Positions 11,113 through 20,057 of a stretch of DNA of 64,000 bases are shown here, one piece after another (the stretch's first letter is position 1; each line of letters opens with the position of its first letter). The notes under the pieces were generated by a model. The model was not told the origin of the DNA. It saw only the letters and a list, made by a program, of their open reading frames with translations, and searched no databases. The DNA comes from Desulfovibrionaceae bacterium (GTDB lineage Bacteria > Desulfobacterota > Desulfovibrionia > Desulfovibrionales > Desulfovibrionaceae). Position numbers and translations under genes: made by a program. Where the stretch lies: assembly GCA_009773665.1 (NCBI GenBank), contig WSYE01000011.1, forward strand, positions 1,767 through 65,766, in the 5' to 3' direction.

Positions 11113-11598
11113 ATGGAATGGGAACGCATGGAAGAATATGTCGGCCAGCTGGCCGGGAAGCTCACGGCGCGGGGCTGGGTGCTGGCAACGGCCGAGTCCT
11201 GCACGGGCGGGCTCATCGCCTGCGAGCTGACCAACGTGTCGGGCAGCTCCGGTTGGTATCTCGGCGGCGTGGTGGCCTACGCCAACAGCGTGAAGCAGGC
11301 GCTTTTGGACGTTCCCGCCGAAACGCTCATGGGCCACGGCGCGGTGAGCCGCGAGGTGGTGCTTGCCATGGCCCTGGGCGCGGCGCGCAGGCTTGGGGCG
11401 CAGTGCGCGCTGAGCGTATCCGGCGTGGCCGGGCCGACTGGGGGGACCCCGGAAAAGCCCGTGGGCACGGTTTGGATCGGCTGGGCGGTGAACGGCGTGG
11501 CCGAGGCCGGGCTTCATCACTTCGGCGGCGACCGGCTGGCCGTGAAGCGCCAGACCGCCCTGGCCGCCGTGCGCGGAATGGCTGCGCGCTTGGGCTGA
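11113..11598 (+). CDS. CinA/PncC-family NMN deamidase
   Basis: ATAESCTGG, GAVS, SGVAGPTGG..EKPVGTVW; ATG 11113 after AAGGAGG. Confidence 0.9.
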   Translation: MEWERMEEYVGQLAGKLTARGWVLATAESCTGGLIACELTNVSGSSGWYLGGVVAYANSVKQALLDVPAETLMGHGAVSREVVLAMALGAARRLGAQCALSVSGVAGPTGGTPEKPVGTVWIGWAVNGVAEAGLHHFGGDRLAVKRQTALAAVRGMAARLG

Positions 11599-11677
11599 GA
11601 CGAATTCGTCACATTGAGAGGCTAAACGGCTCGGTGAACGTCTGAAAAATGCCAAGGACAGGAACACCGGGCCGCAT

Positions 11678-12424
11678 ATGCGAACCATAGCATTCCTCAA
11701 TCAGAAAGGCGGTGTGGGCAAGACCACTGTCGCCGTCAACGTGGCCGTGGGGCTTACGAGGCTTGGGCGACGCGTAGTCGCGGCGGACCTGGACCCCCAG
11801 GGCCATATGACCCGAAGCTTCGGCGTGGAGCCGGAAGGGGCCACGCTGTACGAGCTCATGAAAGGCCAGCGGACCCTGGCCGAGACCCTCCTGGAAGTGG
11901 AGGGGGTCCGCCTGGCTCCCGCGTCCATGGAACTCTCGGGCGTGGACACCGAATTCGCCGCGCAGCCCGGCAAGGAGCGGCTGGTGGCAAACGCCCTGGC
12001 AGCCGTCCCGGACGCCGACGCCTGCATCCTGGACTGCCCGCCGAACCTTGGCCTGCTTACGGTCAACGCGCTGGCCGCAGCGGACTCCATCGTCATCCCG
12101 GTGCAGGCCGAGTATCTGGCCCTGGCGGGTTTGGGCGCGCTGATGGACACCGTGGAGGCCGCGCGCTCCATCAACGCGGGTCTATCGGTGCTTGGCATCG
12201 TGCTGACCCGCTACAACCACCGCAAGCGCCTGTGCCGCGAGGTGGCCGGGGCCATCCGGTCCCATTTCCCCGAACTGATCTTCGAGACCCGCATCCGCGA
12301 GAGCGTGGCCCTGGCCGAGGCTCCGGGCTTCGGGCAGAGCATCTTCGCCTACTCTCCCAGGAGCGCGGGCGCGCTCGACTTCCTGGGCTTAAGCCGTGAA
12401 GTGGACGCCAGGGGGTTCGCATGA
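11678..12424 (+). CDS. ParA/Soj-family ATPase (no parB adjacent)
   Basis: Deviant Walker A NQKGGVGKTT, DLDPQG, LDCPPNLG, IRESVALAEAP. Confidence 0.92.
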   Translation: MRTIAFLNQKGGVGKTTVAVNVAVGLTRLGRRVVAADLDPQGHMTRSFGVEPEGATLYELMKGQRTLAETLLEVEGVRLAPASMELSGVDTEFAAQPGKERLVANALAAVPDADACILDCPPNLGLLTVNALAAADSIVIPVQAEYLALAGLGALMDTVEAARSINAGLSVLGIVLTRYNHRKRLCREVAGAIRSHFPELIFETRIRESVALAEAPGFGQSIFAYSPRSAGALDFLGLSREVDARGFA

Positions 12425-13194
12425 GTTCCGTTTCGCGCCCGGGATCACGCCTGGGAAAGGACCCCCTGTTGCGCTCCGCGTCCGCCGGAGCGTCGCAGTC
12501 AGCCTCGGGAGGCCAAGCCCTGCGCCACATCCTGGACCTGGGACAGGCTCCAACCGTCAGTCAGGCTGGCACCCCCCCGGACCTGAAGACGACGGAGTGC
12601 CTGCCTTCACCGGCGGGTGCGCCCGGACCAGAACCGGACGCCAGCGAAATCTACCGCGAGGTGGCCGGGAAATTTTCGGAAGCCATGGAGAACCTGAGCC
12701 GCATGGCGGCCACCGCCGGAGCATGGGCCTGGAGCGGGCAGACCGGGGAGGGCGATTCTTTCCTGTTCATGCGCCTCATGGCTGCCTATTCGGTCACGCC
12801 CCAGGGCGAAGGCGTGGATTTCGCCGCCTTCCTGCGCGACGTCTCGGACCATTGGGAGCGCTTCGACCTCGGCGTCGTGTCCGACGGCAGCGCCGGGATG
12901 ATCCCCCTGAACAAGGCCTTCACCCTGAGCCGGGTGCTCCAGGCCTCGCTGGAAGGATTCTGCTGGCCCGGCAGGCGCGGTACGGCGTTGCTGACCCTGT
13001 ACACGGGCCTGGACGCCAGAGGCCGGGCCTTCCTGCGCATTGCCGGACCCAGGCGGTTCTTCCCGCTGGACGGCTCGCTGGCCGAAGCCCGCAGGGCCGC
13101 GCCGCTCCTGGAACTGGCACGCTGCAAGGCGGCGGCGGTGCGGTTTGCCACGTCGGAGCTGTACGCTGAGCTGGCCGTGACGGCTCTTGGATGA
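12421..13194 (+). CDS. Hypothetical protein with degenerate HisKA_2/HATPase-like C-terminus
   Basis: ATGA overlap with parA; N-terminal RLGKDPL peptide, Pro-rich linker, then VDFAAFLRD...IPLNKAFTL... resembling an HWE/HisKA2 kinase ATPase domain without N- or G1-box residues. Confidence 0.55.
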   Translation: MSSVSRPGSRLGKDPLLRSASAGASQSASGGQALRHILDLGQAPTVSQAGTPPDLKTTECLPSPAGAPGPEPDASEIYREVAGKFSEAMENLSRMAATAGAWAWSGQTGEGDSFLFMRLMAAYSVTPQGEGVDFAAFLRDVSDHWERFDLGVVSDGSAGMIPLNKAFTLSRVLQASLEGFCWPGRRGTALLTLYTGLDARGRAFLRIAGPRRFFPLDGSLAEARRAAPLLELARCKAAAVRFATSELYAELAVTALG

Positions 13195-13271
13195 GCCTGT
13201 CTGCCGGAAATCGCGCAAATGAAAGAACTGAACAGGCGAATTCGACGCCTGATTGTGAAAAGGAGAACAAG

Positions 13272-13538
13272 ATGGGCAAGGACAAGGTCAAGGTTGAGGG
13301 AGTCATGGATATCAGGGAAGTCATCGACTACCTGGAGGACGTGGTGGCCGGATTCAAGGCCGGTTCCGTGTGCATGACCGTGGGCGAGGACTGCCTGACG
13401 CTCAAGCCCCGTGGCGTGATGGACGTCTCGCTCAAGGTGTCGCAGAAAAAGGACAAGGAGAAGTTCGCGCTGGAGGTTGAATGGCGCCGCGTGGACGAGG
13501 CCGTTGTGCGCATCGGCGGGCCGGACGAGGCGGCCTGA
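13272..13538 (+). CDS. Amphi-Trp domain protein
   Basis: MGKDKVKVEGVMDIREVIDYLEDVVAGFKAGSVCM...LTLKP...KEKFALEVEW pattern of the amphi-Trp family; AGGAGA RBS. Confidence 0.8.
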   Translation: MGKDKVKVEGVMDIREVIDYLEDVVAGFKAGSVCMTVGEDCLTLKPRGVMDVSLKVSQKKDKEKFALEVEWRRVDEAVVRIGGPDEAA

Positions 13539-13624
13539 GACCGCTACGGCCTGGGGAGCAGGAGCTTGCCGCTCTCGCAAACCATGGAAATCATGTCGGT
13601 TTGGCCAGCCGAGAAGGCGACACG

Positions 13625-13653
13625 TACGGGCTCCTCAGGGAGCCCGTATTTTT
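13625..13653 (+). terminator. Rho-independent terminator
   Basis: TACGGGCTCC-TCAG-GGAGCCCGTA + TTTTT, between convergent genes. Confidence 0.8.
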
Positions 13654-14162
13654 CATGAGTCCAGCCCGGCCTTCTTCAACGCGCGTTCCCCTTTGGCGGA
13701 GATCACAAATCCCTTGAGGGTCCGTTCGCCCTCGACCTTGAGCTTCATCTTCAGCACATAGCCCCTGTTCAATAGGTCTTCTAGATCGCTGGAGATGTAG
13801 GTCTGGGCTTTCTTGGCGGGCATCATGCGCCGGTAGCGCGGCATGCGGCTGAAATGAAAGACGTCCTGGAGAATCAGCATGTGCTCATAGGCCAACTCGC
13901 TTGGCTCGGCTTCCTCGGCGGGCGCGGCGGACTCGTCCAGCAGGTGCATCCCCTCGGGCGTGATGCGCACCCCCCGGAGTTCCTTGCCGCAGCCGTAGGT
14001 GAATTCGGCCCACTCCAGGAGCCCCCGGTCCACCAGCGCGGACAGGTCGGATTCGGGAAAAGCCAGGGCGTGCTTTCGCGGCATCACCCCATGATACTTG
14101 AGGATATCCCGGAACTGCGCGGCGGCTTTCAGGATGGCGTGCTGGCTTGCGGTGGGGGGCAT
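13653..14162 (-). CDS. Hypothetical protein, two internal winged-helix-like repeats
   Basis: Repeat 1 YHGVMPRKHA..SDLSALVDRGLL..GVRITPEG; repeat 2 YRRMMPAKKA..SDLEDLLNRGYV..GFVISAKG. Confidence 0.7.
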   Translation of the reverse strand: MPPTASQHAILKAAAQFRDILKYHGVMPRKHALAFPESDLSALVDRGLLEWAEFTYGCGKELRGVRITPEGMHLLDESAAPAEEAEPSELAYEHMLILQDVFHFSRMPRYRRMMPAKKAQTYISSDLEDLLNRGYVLKMKLKVEGERTLKGFVISAKGERALKKAGLDS

Positions 14163-14349
14163 TAAGCGTCTCGCTGCGATGTTTGTCGTTGTCGACCAGG
14201 CTGGCTGGCACTCCCCGGATACATATTTCCTGTCTCAATTGCTGTAAACCACAAGAGTGTAAATTCCTCTGCTTTTTCCGTGGTCAAGCGGCCATCCAAC
14301 CGGATTCAACCTTTACAGAATGCGGCTCACGGGGTATTGGGGGGGGCGT

Positions 14350-14367
14350 TTGTGACGGGGCGAACAA
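14350..14367 (+). promoter_or_regulatory. Possible Rex operator upstream of dsrTMKJOP
   Basis: TTGTGA-CGGGGC-GAACAA vs Rex consensus TTGTGA-N6-TCACAA (2 mismatches in the right half-site); Rex is a known regulator of sulfate-reduction genes in Desulfovibrio. Confidence 0.4.
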
Positions 14368-14398
14368 GGCATCACACTCTTGCCGTAGCAGGGCATCA

Positions 14399-14935
14399 AT
14401 GAACACAATCGAGGAACTTCTGGCCGCAAACCGGGAGGCCATCGTTCAGGATTGGTATCACCATATCCTGGACACCTATCCGGCTGAAACGGCCAAACTC
14501 TGGAAGAAGGGCGGCGATCCCTTCGCAAATCCCGTTGCCGTCCGTTCCCGCCAGGGCGCGGAGGCGGTGGTGCGTTACCTGACGATGGCTGAAGACCCCA
14601 AAGCCCTGGAAGCCGTGCTGGACTTCCTGGACGAGATGATCCGGGTGCGCGCGGTGCAGAACTTCACCCCCTCCCAGGCTGCGGGTTTCATCTTCCTGCT
14701 CAAGAAAGCCATACGGGAAAAGCTATGGCACGACCTGAAGCGCCTGGATATCTGGGAGCAGTTCGCGGCCATGGAGTCGCGCATCGACGGGTTGGCGCTG
14801 GCCAGCCTCGATCTCTACGCGAAATGCCGCGAGAAGCTTCATGAGATCAAATACAATGATCTGGAGCGCTCGCAGGTTCAACTTCTGAAACGTGCCAAGC
14901 TCATCGTGGGCATCGGCGAGGGCGAGTCGGCTTAG
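14399..14935 (+). CDS. dsrT: DsrT (RsbRD N-terminal domain protein)
   Basis: W..ILDTYP.ET..DPFANPV, IRVRAVQNFTPSQA..FIF.LK; directly upstream of dsrM. Confidence 0.88.
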   Translation: MNTIEELLAANREAIVQDWYHHILDTYPAETAKLWKKGGDPFANPVAVRSRQGAEAVVRYLTMAEDPKALEAVLDFLDEMIRVRAVQNFTPSQAAGFIFLLKKAIREKLWHDLKRLDIWEQFAAMESRIDGLALASLDLYAKCREKLHEIKYNDLERSQVQLLKRAKLIVGIGEGESA

Positions 14936-14977
14936 CGGTCGACCGGGCGAAAAGGTTCAACGCGAGGTGGAGGGTAC

Positions 14978-15979
14978 ATGGCTGGACTCATGACCGCATT
15001 ACTAGCTGTCGTGGCATTGGCTGCGGTGGCGGCCCTGGGGGCCGGGGCGGGAATGTCGGAGGTGTTCGGGATAGCTGTCCCGTACGTGGCCGTCGCGATA
15101 TTCGTGGCGGGATTCATCAAAAAAGTGGTCGGCTGGGCATCCACGCCTCAGCCCTTTTCAATCGCGACCACGGGCGGGCAGCAGTACTCGCTTCCCTGGG
15201 TGAAGCAGGCGAAATTCGACAACCCTTCCACCCCTGGCCAGACGTTCATCCGCATGGCGCTGGAAGTGCTCTGCTTCAGGAGCCTCTTCCGCAACACCAA
15301 GCTGGACAACCGCGTCGCCGAGGGCCGCGTGGCCTACGGCTCGGACAAGTCCCTGTGGCTGTTCGCGCTGATGTTCCACTACTGCTTCCTGGTGGTGTTC
15401 ATCAGGCACTTCCGCTTCTTCCTGGAGCCCGTGCCCATGATCATCACGGGCGTGGAGTTCGTTGACTCCATCCTGCAGATCGGCGTTCCCACGCTGTATC
15501 TCACCGACGTGTTCCTGGTGGTCGGCGTCACCTTCCTGCTGGCCAGGCGCCTGTGGGACCCCAAGCTGAGCTACATCTCGCTGGCCAACGACTACTTCCC
15601 CCTGTTCCTGATTCTGGCCATCGCGCTCTCTGGCATCTACATGCGCTACGTGGCCAAGGTGGACGTCATCGCCATCAAGCAGCTGGCCATCGGGCTGGTG
15701 AGCTTCAAGCCTTACATTCCGCCCAACATCGACTGGTCGTTCTACATGCACTTCTTCCTGGTGTGCGTGCTTTGGGCCTACTTCCCGTTCTCGAAGCTCA
15801 TGCACCTCGGCGGCGTCTTCCTGAGCCCCACCCGGAACCTGCCCAACAACACCCGCATGGAACGCTACATCAACCCCTGGAACGACCCCTCCATCAAGCC
15901 TCACACCTATGAGGAATACGAGGACGACTTCCGCGAGAAGATGATTGAGGCCGGCCTGCCGGTGGACAAGGAAGCCTAA
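14978..15979 (+). CDS. dsrM: DsrM membrane cytochrome b (NarI-like)
   Basis: Multi-TM, FRSLFRNT, FHY..RHFRFF, YFPFSKLMHLGGVFLSPTRN. Confidence 0.95.
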   Translation: MAGLMTALLAVVALAAVAALGAGAGMSEVFGIAVPYVAVAIFVAGFIKKVVGWASTPQPFSIATTGGQQYSLPWVKQAKFDNPSTPGQTFIRMALEVLCFRSLFRNTKLDNRVAEGRVAYGSDKSLWLFALMFHYCFLVVFIRHFRFFLEPVPMIITGVEFVDSILQIGVPTLYLTDVFLVVGVTFLLARRLWDPKLSYISLANDYFPLFLILAIALSGIYMRYVAKVDVIAIKQLAIGLVSFKPYIPPNIDWSFYMHFFLVCVLWAYFPFSKLMHLGGVFLSPTRNLPNNTRMERYINPWNDPSIKPHTYEEYEDDFREKMIEAGLPVDKEA

Positions 15980-16018
15980 ACCGCCCCGGGCTGGGCGTAT
16001 TTCCACAAGGGAGATAGT

Positions 16019-17638
16019 ATGTCGAAGATGGCGCCGCCTGAAGAACTCATGAACGTCAACTATGCCACGCCCGCTGAGGCGTGGATGGACGTTAAACCAG
16101 AGTTTAAGCTTGGCAATTATTCGTATCCTGGCAAGCCCGATGTGCTTAAGTACCTCGGCCTGCCCAACCCCAGAGAATGGAATCCCACCGAGGAAGACTG
16201 GAAGCTTCCGCCCGACTGGCGTGACATCATCCGGGACGGCTTCCGTGAGCTGCTCGGCAAGTACCGCTCGCTGAAGATCTTCATGGACTGCTGCGTGCGC
16301 TGCGGCGCGTGCGCCGACAAGTGCCACTTCTACATCGGCTCCGGCGACCCCAAGAACATGCCGGTGCTGCGTGCGGAACTTTTGCGCTCCATCTATCGCG
16401 GCGAGTTCACCGTGGCCGCCAAGATCCTGGGCAAGCTCTCCGGCTCGCGCAAGCTGGAAGAAGACGTGATCAAAGAATGGTTCATGTACTTCTACCAGTG
16501 CACCCAGTGCCGCCGCTGTTCGCTGTACTGCCCCTACGGCATCGACACCGCCGAGATCACCTTCCTGGCGCGTGACCTGATGAACCGCATCGGCGTGAAC
16601 ATCAACTGGATCCTGGAGCCTGCGGCCAACTGCAACCGCACCGGCAACCACCTGGGCATCCAGCCCCACGCCTTCAAGGACATGATGGAATTCCTGGTGG
16701 ACGACATCGAGACCATCACCGGTCGCCGTGTCGAACCCAGCTTCCAGCGCAAGGGCGCGGAGATCCTGTTCATCACGCCCTCCGGCGACATCTTCGCCGA
16801 GCCCGGCATCTACACCTTCATGGGCTACCTGCTGCTGTTCGACTACCTGGACCTGGACGTCACCTGGTCCACGTATGCGTCGGAAGGCGGCAACTTCGGC
16901 TCGTTCATGAACGACAAGTGGATGAAGAAGCTGAACGCCAAGATGTACCACGAGGCCAAGCGCCTGGGCGTCAAGTACATCATCGGCGGCGAGTGCGGCC
17001 ACATGTGGCGCGTGCTGAACCAGTACATGGACACCATGAACGGCCCGGCCGACTTCCTGGAAGTCCCCAAGAGCCCCATCACTGGCACGGTGTTCAACAA
17101 CGCCAAGTCCACCAAGATGATCCACCTTGTCGAGTTCACCGCCGACCTCATCAAGAACGGCAAGCTGAACCTCGACAAGAGCCGCAACGCGGGCATCACC
17201 GCCACCTGGCACGACTCCTGTAACACCTCGCGCGGCATGGGCTTCTTCGAAGAGCCCCGCTACGTGTTGGAAAACGTGGTGGAGAAGTTCGTGGACATGC
17301 CCGCACAGACCATCCGTGAGCAGACCTACTGCTGCGGCGGCGGCGCGGGCCTGAACAACGGCGAGTTCACCGAGATGCGCCTGCGCGGCGGGCTGCCTCG
17401 CGGCAACGCCCTCAAGTACGTGCAGGAGAAGTTCGGGGTGAACACCATGAGCTGCATCTGCGCCATCGACCGCGCCACCTTGCCCGGCCTGGCCGACTAC
17501 TGGGCACCCGGTGTCACGGTCACCGGCCTGCACGAACTGGTGGGCAACGCCCTGGTCTTCGACGGCGAGGAGCCGCGCACCATGAACCTGCGCCAGGAAG
17601 ACCTGCCCGGCATCGAAGGGTCTGAGGAGGAGGAATAA
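16019..17638 (+). CDS. dsrK: DsrK Fe-S/CCG-domain subunit
   Basis: CVRCGACADKC, CTQCRRCSLYC, GECGH, HDSCN, CCGGG, CAID. Confidence 0.95.
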   Translation: MSKMAPPEELMNVNYATPAEAWMDVKPEFKLGNYSYPGKPDVLKYLGLPNPREWNPTEEDWKLPPDWRDIIRDGFRELLGKYRSLKIFMDCCVRCGACADKCHFYIGSGDPKNMPVLRAELLRSIYRGEFTVAAKILGKLSGSRKLEEDVIKEWFMYFYQCTQCRRCSLYCPYGIDTAEITFLARDLMNRIGVNINWILEPAANCNRTGNHLGIQPHAFKDMMEFLVDDIETITGRRVEPSFQRKGAEILFITPSGDIFAEPGIYTFMGYLLLFDYLDLDVTWSTYASEGGNFGSFMNDKWMKKLNAKMYHEAKRLGVKYIIGGECGHMWRVLNQYMDTMNGPADFLEVPKSPITGTVFNNAKSTKMIHLVEFTADLIKNGKLNLDKSRNAGITATWHDSCNTSRGMGFFEEPRYVLENVVEKFVDMPAQTIREQTYCCGGGAGLNNGEFTEMRLRGGLPRGNALKYVQEKFGVNTMSCICAIDRATLPGLADYWAPGVTVTGLHELVGNALVFDGEEPRTMNLRQEDLPGIEGSEEEE

Positions 17639-18027
17639 TGTACAACGCAAAATACATCATCCCAGGCCTGATCATATTCCTGGCCCTGGTGCTGTTCCCC
17701 TTCATCAAGGGAGTGGGGCAGCCCGAGCTCAAGGTGGAGACCGAGAAGCCCAAGGACGTCAAAGAATGCATCATGAAGACCGAGAAGATGCGTGACGTGC
17801 ACATGGTGCTCCTGAACGAATGGCGCGACGACGTTATCCGCAACGGCAACCGGGTGTGGAAAAACGAGGCCGGCAAGGAATTCAACATGAGCCTGACCAA
17901 CACCTGCATGGGCTGCCACGAGAACAAGGACAAGTTCTGCGACAAGTGCCACGTCACCGTCGGCGTGAATCCTTACTGCTGGACCTGCCACAATATCTCG
18001 CCCGTGAAGAAAGAGGGGGGGAAATAA
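17638..18027 (+). CDS. dsrJ: DsrJ triheme cytochrome c
   Basis: Three CxxCH (CMGCH, CDKCH, CWTCH), N-terminal TM, MR..HM.LL..WRD. Confidence 0.95.
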   Translation: MYNAKYIIPGLIIFLALVLFPFIKGVGQPELKVETEKPKDVKECIMKTEKMRDVHMVLLNEWRDDVIRNGNRVWKNEAGKEFNMSLTNTCMGCHENKDKFCDKCHVTVGVNPYCWTCHNISPVKKEGGK

Positions 18028-18028
18028 C

Positions 18029-18805
18029 ATGCAAAGCTCCAGACGCGACTTCTTGAAGCTGGCTGGCGTCTCGGCCCTGGGGCTCTCGGCAGGGACTCTG
18101 GGATTCCTCGGAGAAGGAGCCCAGGCCGCCGATGCCCTCCCCACGGCCACGAACTTCGCCAAACCCATAACCGCCAAGCGCTGGGCCATGGTCATCGACA
18201 CCGCCAAGTTCGATGACGCCCTGATTGCCAAGGTGATCGACTCGTGCCACACCGCGCACAACGTCCCCACCATTCCCGGCAAGCAGGAGATCAAGTGGAT
18301 ATGGACCGAGGAGTTCCACGGAACGTTCACCACCGAGCGCCCCGTGCACCTCGCCGACGCCCAGGAGCACCGCAAGTACCTGCTCCTGTGCAACCACTGC
18401 GAAAGCCCTCCCTGCGTGCGCGTGTGCCCCACCAAGGCCACCTTCAAGAACAATGAAGGCCTGGTCATCATGGACTACCACCGCTGCATCGGCTGCCGCT
18501 ACTGCATGGCAGGCTGCCCCTACGGCGCGCGTAGCTTCAACTTCCAGGACCCCGAGAAGTTCATCAAGAACATGAACCTCCAGTATCCCCACCGCACACG
18601 CGGTGTGGTGGAGAAGTGCACGTTCTGCGTTGAGAAGCTGGCGCAGGGGCTCATGCCCAACTGCGTGCAGGCTTCCGGCGGGGCCATGGTATTCGGCGAC
18701 CTCCAGGATCCCAATTCGCCTGTGCGCAAGATCCTGAAAGAGAAGTTCGCCCTCAGACGCAACCCCAGCGCCGGCACCGAGCCCGGCGTCTTCTACATCC
18801 TCTAG
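18029..18805 (+). CDS. dsrO: DsrO periplasmic Fe-S protein
   Basis: Tat signal SRRDFLK; CNHCESPPCVRVCP, CIGCRYCMAGCP, KCTFC. Confidence 0.95.
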   Translation: MQSSRRDFLKLAGVSALGLSAGTLGFLGEGAQAADALPTATNFAKPITAKRWAMVIDTAKFDDALIAKVIDSCHTAHNVPTIPGKQEIKWIWTEEFHGTFTTERPVHLADAQEHRKYLLLCNHCESPPCVRVCPTKATFKNNEGLVIMDYHRCIGCRYCMAGCPYGARSFNFQDPEKFIKNMNLQYPHRTRGVVEKCTFCVEKLAQGLMPNCVQASGGAMVFGDLQDPNSPVRKILKEKFALRRNPSAGTEPGVFYIL

Positions 18806-18815
18806 GAGTGAGGCC

Positions 18816-19985
18816 ATGATCGAAAAAGCCCTCAAGGGAAGCCCTCGCTATTTCGGAGCGCTGATGGCCTTTCTGGCCATCATGGGCATCGGCGGCGGGT
18901 TCTACCTGGTGCAGCTCAACCAAGGCCTGATGATTACGGGTCTGTCCCGTGACGTCTCCTGGGGATTCTACATCGCCCAGTTCACCTACATGGTCGGCGT
19001 GGCCGCGTCCGCCGTCATGCTGGTGCTGCCCTATTACTTCCACCACTACAAAGCCTACTCCAAGATGATCATCATGGGCGAGTTCCTCGCCATTGCAGCG
19101 GTCATCATGTGTCTGGGCTTCATCGTCATCGACATCGGCCAGCCGCAGCGCATGCTGAACGTGCTGATCAACTCCACGCCCGGTTCCGTGCTCTTCTGGG
19201 ACATGGTGGTCCTGAACGGCTACCTGGTTCTGAACGCGGTCATCGGCTGGACCAGCCTCATGTCTTACTGGAAGCGCGTTTCGCCGCCCACGTGGGTCAA
19301 GCCCCTGGTGTACACCTCCATCGTCTGGGCTTTCTCCATCCACACGGTCACGGCGTTCCTGTACGCGGGCCTGCCCGGTCGCCACTACTGGCTCACCGCC
19401 ATTCTGGCCGCCCGGTTCCTGTCCTCGGCGTTCTGCTCCGGTCCTTCGATCCTCTTGCTGCTGATGCTTCTGGCCAAGAAGCTCACCAAGTTCGATCCGG
19501 GCAACGAGGCCATCAAGAGCCTGTCCACCACCATCACCTACGCCATGTGCGTGAACGTGTTCTTCTTCCTGCTGGAAGTGTTCACCGCGTTCTATTCGAA
19601 CATGCCCGGACACATGGACCCGATCCTGTTCCTGTTCTCCGGCTTCGAGGGCCACACCTACATGACTCCGTTCATGTGGACCGCAGCCTTCCTGGGGCTG
19701 ACCTCGCTGTTCCTGCTCATCCCGCCCAAGTGGCGTGAGAACCGCGACATCCTGGTCCCCGCCCTGATCATGCTGGTGATTGGCACCTGGCTCGACAAGG
19801 GCATGGGCCTGATCGCTGCGGGCTTCACCCCCAACCCCTTCGAGAAGGTCACCGAGTACCTGCCCACCGGGCCGGAACTGATGATCGCCCTCATGATCTA
19901 CGCGGTGGGCGGCTTCGTGCTGACCGTCCTGTGGAAGATCGCCCTGGAAGTGCGGGCCGAAGTGGAAGGCGAACCCGGCAAGTAA
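18816..19985 (+). CDS. dsrP: DsrP NrfD/PsrC-family membrane protein
   Basis: TGLSRDVSWGFYIAQFTY, DIGQPQR, SIHTVTAF; about 10 TM segments. Confidence 0.95.
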   Translation: MIEKALKGSPRYFGALMAFLAIMGIGGGFYLVQLNQGLMITGLSRDVSWGFYIAQFTYMVGVAASAVMLVLPYYFHHYKAYSKMIIMGEFLAIAAVIMCLGFIVIDIGQPQRMLNVLINSTPGSVLFWDMVVLNGYLVLNAVIGWTSLMSYWKRVSPPTWVKPLVYTSIVWAFSIHTVTAFLYAGLPGRHYWLTAILAARFLSSAFCSGPSILLLLMLLAKKLTKFDPGNEAIKSLSTTITYAMCVNVFFFLLEVFTAFYSNMPGHMDPILFLFSGFEGHTYMTPFMWTAAFLGLTSLFLLIPPKWRENRDILVPALIMLVIGTWLDKGMGLIAAGFTPNPFEKVTEYLPTGPELMIALMIYAVGGFVLTVLWKIALEVRAEVEGEPGK

Positions 19986-20013
19986 TCCGACTACGGGTTT
20001 CAGGAAAAAAACT

Positions 20014-20041
20014 AGGCCGCCCTTCCGGGCGGCCTTTTTTT
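20014..20041 (+). terminator. Terminator of dsr operon
   Basis: AGGCCGCCC-TTCC-GGGCGGCCT + T run. Confidence 0.85.
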
Positions 20042-20057
20042 GTTCTATCATACGCAC

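Noticed and set aside
13560-13625. Possible c-di-GMP-I (GEMM) riboswitch (GCAAACC...GAAA)
   Set aside because: Lacks the second GCAAAGC/P2 tetraloop-receptor arm and lies 3' of genes rather than in a leader
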